From: an uncultured Gemmatimonas sp.
GTDB taxonomy: Bacteria; Gemmatimonadota; Gemmatimonadetes; Gemmatimonadales; GWC2-71-9
Reading direction: 5' to 3'
Length of the DNA: 47,694 nucleotides
NCBI GenBank assembly: GCA_964649225.1
Contig: CAZYPO010000004.1
Coordinates: 44,825 to 92,518 of the forward strand
Below, piece after piece: positions 27,302 to 35,565 of this stretch (positions are counted from its first letter, which is position 1; the number at the start of each line of letters is the position of its first letter). A model generated the notes under the pieces. It saw only the letters and a list, made by a program, of their open reading frames with translations. It did not search any database and had not been told where the DNA came from. Position numbers and translations under genes: made by a program.

Positions 27302-28777
27302 TCAAGTAACCCGCTCGCCGCGCACTTCCCTGCCGATCTCCACCACCTTTTCCGCGAACAGGTCGAGGTCGGCGCTCACCGTACGATGATTGGTGATCGC
27401 CACCCGGATGGCGAATTTGCCGTTCAGCATGGTGGCCGAAGGCACCGCGATCCCGCGCTCCTGGATGCGCATGAGGACTTCGCGGTTCAACGCGTTCAGC
27501 TGTTCCTCGCTCTCCGATCCGGCATCCGGCGTCGCGCGGTACCGCAAGCACACGATGTTGAGCAGCACCGGGGCCAGCAACTCGAGCTCGGTGTGGCGGT
27601 GCACCAGCCCAGCCAGGTACTTGGCCTGCGCCACGTTCTGCTCGATGAGCCGGGCGTATTTCGCGATGCCGTGCTCCTTGAGCAGCAGCCAGACCTTGAG
27701 CCCGCGAAACTCACGGGAAAGCTCCGGGCCGAGCGAGCCGGGGTCGTGATCGTTGGGCGCGGCGCCGCGCTCCAGCCGCGCCAGGTAGCTCGCGTGGGTC
27801 GCGAACGGTCGGCGGTGCGCCTCGGGATCCCGCACCAACACGCACCCCACATCGTAGGGCATGTACATCCACTTGTGCAGATCGAACGCGATCGAGTCGG
27901 CCCGCTCCATCCCCGCCACGAGCGGCCGCAGGGTCTCGGAGATCGCGGCCAGCGCGCCAAAGGCGCCATCGACATGAAACCAGAGTGACTCCCGTTCGCA
28001 CAGCCCGGCGAGGGCGGCGAGGTCGTCGATCGCGGCGGTGTTGACGGTCCCGGCGTTCCCGACCACGCAGCACGGGCGCCGCCCCGCGGCGCGGTCTTCG
28101 GCGATGGCCTGTTCCAGCACGACCAGGTCGACGCGGAAGTCGGCGGCGACGGGAATGGCGCGCAGCGACCGCTGGCCCAGGCCCAGCAACCGCACCGCCT
28201 TGTCCACCGAGTTGTGGGTCTCACTGGATGCGTAGTAGACCAGCGGCCTGGGCGTCGCGCCCAGGCCATGGAGGACGATGTCCGGATCGGCGGCGTCGCG
28301 GGCCGCGGCGAGCGCCACGAGGTTCGCCACCGAGCCCCCGGTCACCATCACCCCGCTCGCCGTCGCGGGAAACCCCAGCATCGTCTTGCACCAGTCCAGC
28401 ACCTGCCGCTCGACGTAGGGGGCAGCCTGGTGTCCGCCGCCCGCGTTGGTGTTGATCACCGCGGTCGCCAGCTCGGCCAGCGCCGCGCTCGGCGTGCCGG
28501 TCCCGTTCACCCAGCCCCAGAAACGCGGATGCACGTTGCCCCAGGGATAGGGGAGCACTTGGCTCCTGAAATCTTCCCACGCCTCCTCGAGGCCCTGGCC
28601 GAGAACCGGAAGCGGTGCCTGGAGTGCCTCGCGCACTTGCGGCGGGACCGGCTGCCAGGCCGGCCGTTCGCGCAGGGTGCGGAGCCAGTCGAGTAGCTCA
28701 TCGAGTACCTGGTGTCCGTGGGCGCGGAACTCCTCCCAGGAGGCGGGGTCGAGGGATTCTTCGGGGCGTCGAGACAT
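27302..28777 (-). CDS. Group II PLP-dependent decarboxylase (aromatic-L-amino-acid decarboxylase-like)
   Basis: HPRFWGW, TGGSVAN, AGTVNTAAIDDL, WFHVDGAFG, FDLHKWMY (PLP lysine); start ATG 28777. Confidence 0.92.
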   Translation of the reverse strand: MSRRPEESLDPASWEEFRAHGHQVLDELLDWLRTLRERPAWQPVPPQVREALQAPLPVLGQGLEEAWEDFRSQVLPYPWGNVHPRFWGWVNGTGTPSAALAELATAVINTNAGGGHQAAPYVERQVLDWCKTMLGFPATASGVMVTGGSVANLVALAAARDAADPDIVLHGLGATPRPLVYYASSETHNSVDKAVRLLGLGQRSLRAIPVAADFRVDLVVLEQAIAEDRAAGRRPCCVVGNAGTVNTAAIDDLAALAGLCERESLWFHVDGAFGALAAISETLRPLVAGMERADSIAFDLHKWMYMPYDVGCVLVRDPEAHRRPFATHASYLARLERGAAPNDHDPGSLGPELSREFRGLKVWLLLKEHGIAKYARLIEQNVAQAKYLAGLVHRHTELELLAPVLLNIVCLRYRATPDAGSESEEQLNALNREVLMRIQERGIAVPSATMLNGKFAIRVAITNHRTVSADLDLFAEKVVEIGREVRGERVT

Positions 28778-28878
28778 CGGCTCGCTGGTGGTGGCGGTTG
28801 GTTGCTCTTGCGGTGCCCGGCAAGAACGTGGAAGATACGCCGATTCCGCGGGCGACTCATCCGGTTCCCAGGGTTCCC

Positions 28879-30408
28879 ATGCCGCTCTTCTTCTTGTTGG
28901 TCCTCGCCGGCCAACAGCCGTCCGACACCTCATTCCGCTCGCGGGTGACGGCCTGGCGCGCGGCGCACGAGGCGGAAGTCTTCCGCGAGTACGTGGAGCT
29001 GCTGCAGATCCCAAATCTCGCCTCAGACTCGGGCAACATCCGGCGGAACGCGGCAGCATTGCTCCGAATGCTCGAGCGCCGCGGCGTCACGGCGCGGCTG
29101 TTGGAGGCGCCCGGCTCGCCGCCGGCGGTCTTCGGCGAGCTGCCGGTGCCGGGCGCCACGCACACGGTCGTGCTGTACGCGCACTACGACGGCCAGCCGG
29201 TGGACACGGCGCGCTGGGTCTCGCCCCCCTGGCAGCCGGTGCTGCGCGACCGTGCGCTGTTTGCCGGCGGACGGGACATCCCCTTCCCCGCCGCGGGCGG
29301 GCGCTTCGATCCCGAATGGCGCCTCTATGCACGCTCGACGGGCGACGACAAGGGCTCGATCATCGCGCAGCTCTCGGCGCTCGATGCGCTGCGCGCGCTG
29401 GGCCTGCAGCCGTCGGTCAACCTGAAGTTCTTCTTCGAGGGTGAGGAAGAGGCGGGCTCGACCCACCTGCGCGACATGCTGACCCGGCACGCGGCGGCGC
29501 TCAAGGCCGATCTCTGGCTGATGGGAGACGGCCCGGTTCACCAGACCCGCCGGCAGCTGCTCTCCTTCGGCGTGCGGGGGGACATGGGGCTCCAGCTCAC
29601 GGTCTACGGTCCCTCCCGCCCGCTGCACAGCGGGCATTACGGCAACTGGGCCCCTAACCCGGACGTGATGCTGGTCCACCTGCTCGCCTCGATGCGCGAC
29701 GAGGAGGGCCGCATCCTGATCGAGCACTACAACGATGGGGTGCGGCCGATCGGCGCCGCGGAGCGCGCCGCGCTCGCCACGATTCCACCCGTGGAGGAGC
29801 AGCTGCTCGGCGAGCTCAGGCTGGGGCGCAGCGAGGGCGCGCCCGCGTCGCTGGGCGAACGTATCCTGCTGCCCGGCCTCAATCTGAGCGGGCTTTCCGG
29901 CGGACGGACCGGCTCGACCGCGGCCAACGTCATCGTTTCCGAGGCGACCGCATTCGTCGATATCCGCATGGTCCCGGACCAGCGACCGGAGGGGGTGCAA
30001 GCCCTGATCCTGGAACACCTCCGGAAGCAGGGTTACTTCGTGGTACGCGGTGACCCCGATTCCGCCACGCGACGCGCTCACCCGAAAATCGTCAAGGCCA
30101 GGTTCAGCCCCGGCTATCCCGCCTCACGAACCGCGCTGGATGCGCCCGCCTCGCGCGCCGTCATCGCCGCCGTGCAGCAGGGGCTTTCCGACCGGCTCAT
30201 CACGCTCCCGTCCTCCGGCGGAAGCGACGGTACCTACGTCTTCCACGAGGTGCTCGGGGTCCCGCTCATCGGCGTTCCGATTTCGAATCACGACAACAAT
30301 CAGCACGCCGAAAACGAAAACATGCGCCTCAAGAATCTGTGGGATGGGATCGAGCTGTACGCGGGACTGCTGGCGAGGCTGGGGCCGATGTGGAGCGCTG
30401 TACCTTAG
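28879..30408 (+). CDS. Exported M20/M25/M40 family metallopeptidase
   Basis: YAHYDGQP, ARSTGDDKG, FEGEEEAGS, HSGHYGN, NQHAENE; start ATG 28879. Confidence 0.9.
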   Translation: MPLFFLLVLAGQQPSDTSFRSRVTAWRAAHEAEVFREYVELLQIPNLASDSGNIRRNAAALLRMLERRGVTARLLEAPGSPPAVFGELPVPGATHTVVLYAHYDGQPVDTARWVSPPWQPVLRDRALFAGGRDIPFPAAGGRFDPEWRLYARSTGDDKGSIIAQLSALDALRALGLQPSVNLKFFFEGEEEAGSTHLRDMLTRHAAALKADLWLMGDGPVHQTRRQLLSFGVRGDMGLQLTVYGPSRPLHSGHYGNWAPNPDVMLVHLLASMRDEEGRILIEHYNDGVRPIGAAERAALATIPPVEEQLLGELRLGRSEGAPASLGERILLPGLNLSGLSGGRTGSTAANVIVSEATAFVDIRMVPDQRPEGVQALILEHLRKQGYFVVRGDPDSATRRAHPKIVKARFSPGYPASRTALDAPASRAVIAAVQQGLSDRLITLPSSGGSDGTYVFHEVLGVPLIGVPISNHDNNQHAENENMRLKNLWDGIELYAGLLARLGPMWSAVP

Positions 30409-30432
30409 GGAGTAGAGATTGGGGATTGGGGT

Positions 30433-30975
30433 TCACGCGCCCCCCGTCGTTGGGTGGCCGGGCCAGGCCGGGCGGGGAATGCTTCTTTCCATGCGATAAA
30501 AGCCGAGGTCCTTCGCGCCCCGCAGCTTGGCGATGTAGAAGATCTGCCCGGCGTGCAGGGCCAGGTGCTCCACGACGTGGTAGATCGCCTCGAGCACGGT
30601 GACCTCGCGGCCCTGCACGGCCAGACGGGCGTCGAGCGCGGCCGGGTCGGCGCGGGCGATCACCGCATCCGCCTCGAACACCGCCTCGGTCAAAGCAGTA
30701 AGGAGCGCTTCCCGCTCGAGCGGTTCGCGTCGGGCAAATTCAATGTCGCGATCGCGAAGGTCCGGAGCACCGCCCACACCGCTCACGATCCATTGCCGGA
30801 GGTTTCCCGCCAGGTGGAGCATGAGGTTTCCGACGCTGTTGGAGGCTTCGTTCGGCCGCCACCAGAGATCCGCGTCCGAGAGCTGTTCCACCGCGGCGCA
30901 GATCTTCGGCAGATAGTGACCGGTGAGGTATTCCCGGGATTGGGCCAGAAAAGCCTGAGCAGCATCCATGTTCAC
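30433..30975 (-). CDS. DinB/DUF1572 family protein
   Basis: WWRPNEASNSVGNLMLHLAGN, RDRDIEF, HVVEHLALHAGQI. Confidence 0.88.
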   Translation of the reverse strand: MNMDAAQAFLAQSREYLTGHYLPKICAAVEQLSDADLWWRPNEASNSVGNLMLHLAGNLRQWIVSGVGGAPDLRDRDIEFARREPLEREALLTALTEAVFEADAVIARADPAALDARLAVQGREVTVLEAIYHVVEHLALHAGQIFYIAKLRGAKDLGFYRMERSIPRPAWPGHPTTGGA

Positions 30976-31661
30976 CCCAGCAAACCTGCGAGGAGCACCT
31001 GCTGCGCGGTGTGGGCGCTGGTCTCTTCGGCCAGCTCCGCGCCCTCCGAGGCCCAGTGCCGGTGGACCGCCATCCAGGCCAGAGACTGGATCAGCAGGTG
31101 GGCCTCGGCGACCGGGTCAGCTCGCGGCGCCAGAACCCCCTCCTGCATGCGGCGCTTCAGATAGTCCGCCACCCGGCGCACTCCCCCACGCCAGAAGCGC
31201 CGCTGGAACACCTGGGCCACCCCGGGCCATTCGCCGGCACAGCGATCCACCAATTTGATGCCGCGGCGATAGCGATGCAGCCAAGTATAGAGCTCGGCGA
31301 TGATGCCGCCGGCCTCCCCGGCAATGTCCTGTGGCGGAGAGGACTCGGTGGCGAGCCAGAGCTGGGGAAAGTGGGCGGCATTCTGGAGGCAACGCCAGAC
31401 GGCCCCGGCCACCTCACCGGGTAGCGGGATGGGGTGCGGGAGGGTCATGGTCCAGACCGTTGGATCTTCGAAGGCGCGGCGCACCGCCAGGTCAAACAGA
31501 GCGTCCTTGCTCGCCGCATATAGGTATATGGTGCCTGGGCCCACCTTGGCTTCCCGAGCGATCTGAGCCACGCCTGCTGCTGCAAAGCCATGTCGAATAA
31601 AGACTTCGGTCGCTGAATCAGCGATAGTATCGAGGCGGTCATGTGGTCGTTTACGAGGCAT
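30972..31661 (-). CDS. TetR/AcrR family transcriptional regulator
   Basis: VFIRHGFAAAGVAQIAREAKVGPGTIYLYAASKDALF HTH. Confidence 0.9.
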   Translation of the reverse strand: MPRKRPHDRLDTIADSATEVFIRHGFAAAGVAQIAREAKVGPGTIYLYAASKDALFDLAVRRAFEDPTVWTMTLPHPIPLPGEVAGAVWRCLQNAAHFPQLWLATESSPPQDIAGEAGGIIAELYTWLHRYRRGIKLVDRCAGEWPGVAQVFQRRFWRGGVRRVADYLKRRMQEGVLAPRADPVAEAHLLIQSLAWMAVHRHWASEGAELAEETSAHTAQQVLLAGLLG

Positions 31662-31666
31662 TATTA

Positions 31667-31695
31667 ATAATAATAACTGAATCAGATATTATTAT
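31667..31695. promoter_or_regulatory. 29-bp AT-rich palindrome, probable TetR operator overlapping a leaderless -10
   Basis: ataataataactga-a-tcagatattattat, 13 of 14 arm pairs match; TATTAT (minus) 5 nt before ATG 31661. Confidence 0.75.
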
Positions 31696-31774
31696 CACAA
31701 TGAGATCAGCCATAAGAGATCAGAGGCCAGGGACAAGGGCACCGAAGAAGGACCAATCCCGAATCCACCCCGAA

Positions 31775-31800
31775 GCAACCCTTTCTAGCGCCCCGCTGTC
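31775..31800 (+). promoter_or_regulatory. Candidate ECF-type promoter GCAAC-N17-TGTC
   Basis: GCAAC 31775-31779 and TGTC 31797-31800 upstream of the second ECF sigma gene. Confidence 0.4.
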
Positions 31801-31846
31801 CCATGGCTCAGAATAGGGTCGACCTTCGCGAGCCCCGGGGCCTTTA

Positions 31847-32389
31847 GTGGATCAGAAGAACCTCGTCGCCCGTGTGCTAACGGGCGACCCGCAGGCAGAG
31901 CGAGAGCTCTATGACGTGAACGTGGACCGAGTGTACCGGCTGGTCTACCGCATGGTGGGCGACGCGGAGCTCGCGGCGGACTACACGCAGGACACGTTCA
32001 TTCGAACGTTCGAGCGCCTGGCCAGCTTCCGCGGCGAAGCGGCGCTCTCCACCTGGATCACTTCGATCGCGATCTCGGTGGTCTACAACGGACAGCGGAA
32101 GGTGCGCCGGCTGCGCAACCGGGAAGTCGAGCTGGAGCACGCGGACCCCGTGGCGGCGCCGACCAGGCACGCCGATCCGGATCTCAAAGTGAAGCTGAAC
32201 GCCGCCATTGACGGCCTCCCGGAAGGATATCGCACGGTGTTTCTGATGCACGATGTCGAGGGGTACACGCACGAGGAGATCGGAGCCGCGCTGGGGATCC
32301 AGGACGGCACCTCGAAAGCCCAGCTCAGCCGGGCGCGTGCCAAGCTTCGGCGGCAGCTCGCCGCCTTTGCGGGAGATCTGGCCTCATGA
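31847..32389 (+). CDS. ECF RNA polymerase sigma factor
   Basis: AADYTQDTFIRTFERLASFRGEAALSTWITSIA; LPEGYRTVFLMHDVEGYTHEEIGAALGIQDGTSKAQLSRAR. Confidence 0.95.
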   Translation: MDQKNLVARVLTGDPQAERELYDVNVDRVYRLVYRMVGDAELAADYTQDTFIRTFERLASFRGEAALSTWITSIAISVVYNGQRKVRRLRNREVELEHADPVAAPTRHADPDLKVKLNAAIDGLPEGYRTVFLMHDVEGYTHEEIGAALGIQDGTSKAQLSRARAKLRRQLAAFAGDLAS

Positions 32390-33051
32390 TGGACGAGCAG
32401 GAGGACCGCTTGGACGCCCTGCTGCGCGACGCGGCAAAGGACTACAACGCGCCGCCGGAGGCGCCAAAAGCAGCGATCTGGGCGCGGGTTAGCGCCCGCA
32501 GGGCGGATGGGCGGACGGGCGGACGGGCGGACGGTGTCGTGCCGATGCGTCCGTCCGACCGCGTGACCGCCCGTCCGACCGTCCGGCTGATGATCGGCAT
32601 CGCCGCGCTGCTCGCGCTCGGTGTCGCGGTCGGACGGATCACTGCCCCAGGGCATCCAGCGGCACCGGCCGCGGCTCCCGGCAGCCTCAGCGCCGTGCCC
32701 GGGCGGCCCGAGCGGGGCGAGCTCGCGGAGCAGCTCGCGACGCAACAGCACCTGGGGCAAGCGGAAAGCTTCCTCACCGAGTTCAACACCCAACAGACGG
32801 CGCAGGATTTCGCTCCGCAAGCGCAGGAGCTGCTCAGCACCACGCGTCTCCTGCTCGATTCCAAGCGCCTGACCGACAGCCGCACCCGCAAGCTGCTCGA
32901 AGACCTCGAGCTGGTGCTGGTGCAGATCGCCACGCTCAATCCCAAGGACCGCCGCGAAGATCTGGGCTTCATCGCCGACGGCCTGGCGCACAGCCACCTC
33001 CGGACCCGGCTCAGGAACGCGATTCCCGCGGGTCCCACCATTCGCATGTAA
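32386..33051 (+). CDS. Putative anti-sigma factor (single TM, helical periplasmic domain)
   Basis: ATGA overlap with sigma; YNAPPEAPKAAIWARV, TM IGIAALLALGVAVG, LLEDLELVLVQI. Confidence 0.78.
   Translation: MMDEQEDRLDALLRDAAKDYNAPPEAPKAAIWARVSARRADGRTGGRADGVVPMRPSDRVTARPTVRLMIGIAALLALGVAVGRITAPGHPAAPAAAPGSLSAVPGRPERGELAEQLATQQHLGQAESFLTEFNTQQTAQDFAPQAQELLSTTRLLLDSKRLTDSRTRKLLEDLELVLVQIATLNPKDRREDLGFIADGLAHSHLRTRLRNAIPAGPTIRM
32501..32585. repeat. In-frame inverted octamer array (GGGCGGAC)x4 - 16 nt - degenerate (GTCCGCCC)x4.5
   Basis: gggcggat gggcggac gggcggac gggcggac at 32501-32532; gtccgtcc gaccgcgt gaccgccc gtccgacc gtccg at 32549-32585. Confidence 0.78.
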
Positions 33052-33062
33052 GGAGTAGTCCA

Positions 33063-34706
33063 ATGCGCATCACCCGCAGTCTCCTGTTGCTCCTGGCTTG
33101 CGCACCGGCTTCCCTTGCGGCGCAGGTCGCGACTTCCCGTGCGGCGCCGATTCGGGTGCCGAATCTGGCGTGGCTGGCTCCGGTCATCGCCGATGCCCAG
33201 AGCCAGGCGGCGCTGGGCCTGACGCAGGCGCGCATGGTGATGGCCGGCACGGCCCCGGCGCTGACCAAGGCGCGGGCCGGATTGCTCCGGGCCCAGGCCG
33301 CGCTTGCGGCGATCAGCTTCGGGCGAGGCTCCTCACCGGTGATCTTCGCACTGGGAAGCGACTTCGCGAACCAGACGCTGGAGCCGAGCCCACCGGAGGC
33401 CTGGGCGCAACAGGATCCCGCCGATCAGCTCTACCGCGACGCGCGCGCGGCGCTCAATCGCGGGCGCTACAGCAGCGCGGCCGACCTGTTCGCACAGATC
33501 TACAGCAAGCACCCGCGCTCGAGCTACGCAGGGGACGCCTATTACTGGCAGGCCTACGCGCTCTCGAAGCGGGAAAACGATCAGGCCTATCGGCGAGCGC
33601 TGGACCTCCTCCAGCTCCAGAAGGAAAAGGCCCCTGGTGCGAGTACCCGGCGGGACGCCGATGTCCTTGCCACCCGGATCCGGGGCCAGCTTGCGCGCGG
33701 GGGAGACGAGACCGCGGCCGCGGTCATCGCGAGCACGGCGACCATCGCGGCGGGAATCCCAACTCCCCCTGCGGTACCCGCGATGCCGACGATGCCCCGC
33801 GGTGGACACGGAAGCACCCGGGGCGGCTGCGACAGCGAGGACGACATCCAGACCGCGGCGCTCAACGCGCTACAGCAGATGGACGCCGAGCGCGCGCTGC
33901 CCATTCTCAAGCGGGTGTTGGCCCGCCGGGATGAGGGCTCGGTCTGCCTCAGGCGCAAGGCCGTCTTCATCGTGTCGCAGCAGGAGGGCAGGGAGACCGA
34001 ACCGATCCTGCTCGACGCGGCCCGCAACGACCCCGATCAGGAAGTCCGCGAGCAGGCGGTGTGGTGGCTCTCGCAGGTCGATTCCCCCAGCGCGGTGAGC
34101 GCGCTCGATTCTATCCTGCGGAGCTCCCGCGACCCGGTGCTGCAGGAGAAGGCGATCTTCGCGCTGTCCCAGCAGGATGCGCCGAAGGCGCGGCAGGCAT
34201 TGCGCGACTTCGCGCTCAAGACCGGCGTGTCCGACGATTTGCGGGAGAAGGCCATCTTCTGGATCGGCCAGGGCGATGAGCCGGACCGGCTCGATTTCCT
34301 CAAGACCCTCTACGGCCAGCTCAGGAGCGAAGCGCTCCGCGACAAGATCCTTTTCTCGATCTCCCAGATCGACGGGAAAGAGAGCAGCCAGTGGCTGCTG
34401 TCGGTGGCGGGCGACGTCAACGAGAACATCGAGCTCCGCAAGAAGGCGCTCTTCTGGGTGGGGCAAAGCGACTATCCGTTGAGCGAGCTCTCCACGCTGT
34501 ACGACCGGATGCCCAGCCGGGAGATGAAGGAGCAGCTGATCTTCGTGTACTCCCAGCGCGACGAGAAGGCCGCGGTGGACCGGCTGATGCAGATCGCCAA
34601 GACCGAACCGGACCGGGAACTCAAGAAGAAGGCGATCTTCTGGCTGAGCCAGTCGGATGATCCCCGCGTGGCCGAGTTTCTGGCGAGTCTGCTGGAGAAG
34701 CCGTGA
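33063..34706 (+). CDS. Exported TPR-like plus HEAT-repeat protein
   Basis: AAGGAG RBS, signal peptide; TPR-like ADQLYRDARAAL...YAGDAYYWQAYAL; nine repeats of the type LREKAIFWxxQ. Confidence 0.88.
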   Translation: MRITRSLLLLLACAPASLAAQVATSRAAPIRVPNLAWLAPVIADAQSQAALGLTQARMVMAGTAPALTKARAGLLRAQAALAAISFGRGSSPVIFALGSDFANQTLEPSPPEAWAQQDPADQLYRDARAALNRGRYSSAADLFAQIYSKHPRSSYAGDAYYWQAYALSKRENDQAYRRALDLLQLQKEKAPGASTRRDADVLATRIRGQLARGGDETAAAVIASTATIAAGIPTPPAVPAMPTMPRGGHGSTRGGCDSEDDIQTAALNALQQMDAERALPILKRVLARRDEGSVCLRRKAVFIVSQQEGRETEPILLDAARNDPDQEVREQAVWWLSQVDSPSAVSALDSILRSSRDPVLQEKAIFALSQQDAPKARQALRDFALKTGVSDDLREKAIFWIGQGDEPDRLDFLKTLYGQLRSEALRDKILFSISQIDGKESSQWLLSVAGDVNENIELRKKALFWVGQSDYPLSELSTLYDRMPSREMKEQLIFVYSQRDEKAAVDRLMQIAKTEPDRELKKKAIFWLSQSDDPRVAEFLASLLEKP

Positions 34707-34708
34707 GT

Positions 34709-34751
34709 TAGGGAGCTAGGGAGCTAGGGGCTGGGGACTAGGGAAAGGAGC
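34709..34751. repeat. Degenerate TAGGGAG(C) tandem repeat filling the intergenic spacer
   Basis: tagggagc tagggagc taggggc tggggac tagggaa aggagc; the last unit supplies the AGGAG RBS. Confidence 0.7.
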
Positions 34752-34756
34752 TACGA

Positions 34757-35560
34757 GTGCGCACGTTGAGCTTGACGACTTCGGCACTGCTGCTTGCCTG
34801 TGGGTCCGCGCCCGCGCAGACCGCCCTTTCGGACCGGATTCTGGGCGTGAAGGATGGGACGGTGCGACTGGCGTACTCCGTGAAGGACGGGATCTGTGGC
34901 GACGGGGAAAGCTTCATCCGTGACCGGACCCGCGGGGAGAACAATTTCATCAGTTTCGATGACAGCAAGTCACGGTACCACGGGCGCAGCTGGCGCGAGC
35001 GGCCCTGCGAGCCGGGGCCGGCTCGGGTGGCCATCACGAAGAGTGAGGGCGCAGTGACCAAGGTGCGGCTCTACGTCGGCGGAGGATGGGAACCAGGGGG
35101 AAGCGGAGTGGTGGACCTCGGCGAGGTCTCCGCGCCGGCCGCGGCCAAGGCCTTGTTGGCCGTGGTGGCACGCGAGCGCCGAGCCGAGCAGGCGATTTTC
35201 GCGGCGATCATCGCCGACAGCGCCGTGGTGTGGCCGGATCTCCTCGCGCTGGCCAAGAACGAATCCCTGTACAAAGACACCAGAAAGAGCGCGGTATTCT
35301 GGCTGAGCCAGGCCGCGGGCGACGCGGCCACCAAGGGGCTGGCCGATCTGGCCGAAGACGAGGCAGAGGACCGCGACGTCCGCGACCAGGCGGTGTTCGC
35401 GCTCTCCCAGCTTCCCAGGGACGAGGGGATCCCCATTCTGATCCGGCTTGCCAAGAGCAACAAGGACCCCAAAGTGCGGCGGAAGGCGCTCTTCTGGCTG
35501 GGGCAGTCGGATGACCCGCGCGTGCTGGCGCTCTTCGAGGAGATCCTGACCAGGCGGTAA
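34757..35560 (+). CDS. Exported HEAT-repeat protein (possible lipoprotein)
   Basis: Signal peptide with LLAC; N-domain with two Cys; repeats TRKSAVFWLSQ, VRDQAVFALSQ, VRRKALFWLGQ. Confidence 0.85.
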   Translation: MRTLSLTTSALLLACGSAPAQTALSDRILGVKDGTVRLAYSVKDGICGDGESFIRDRTRGENNFISFDDSKSRYHGRSWRERPCEPGPARVAITKSEGAVTKVRLYVGGGWEPGGSGVVDLGEVSAPAAAKALLAVVARERRAEQAIFAAIIADSAVVWPDLLALAKNESLYKDTRKSAVFWLSQAAGDAATKGLADLAEDEAEDRDVRDQAVFALSQLPRDEGIPILIRLAKSNKDPKVRRKALFWLGQSDDPRVLALFEEILTRR

Positions 35561-35565
35561 GAAAC

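Noticed and set aside
33830-35560. Recurring similar nucleotide segments that might suggest a CRISPR-like array
   Set aside because: They are degenerate, in-frame HEAT-repeat codons; no identical repeats with unique spacers and no cas genes
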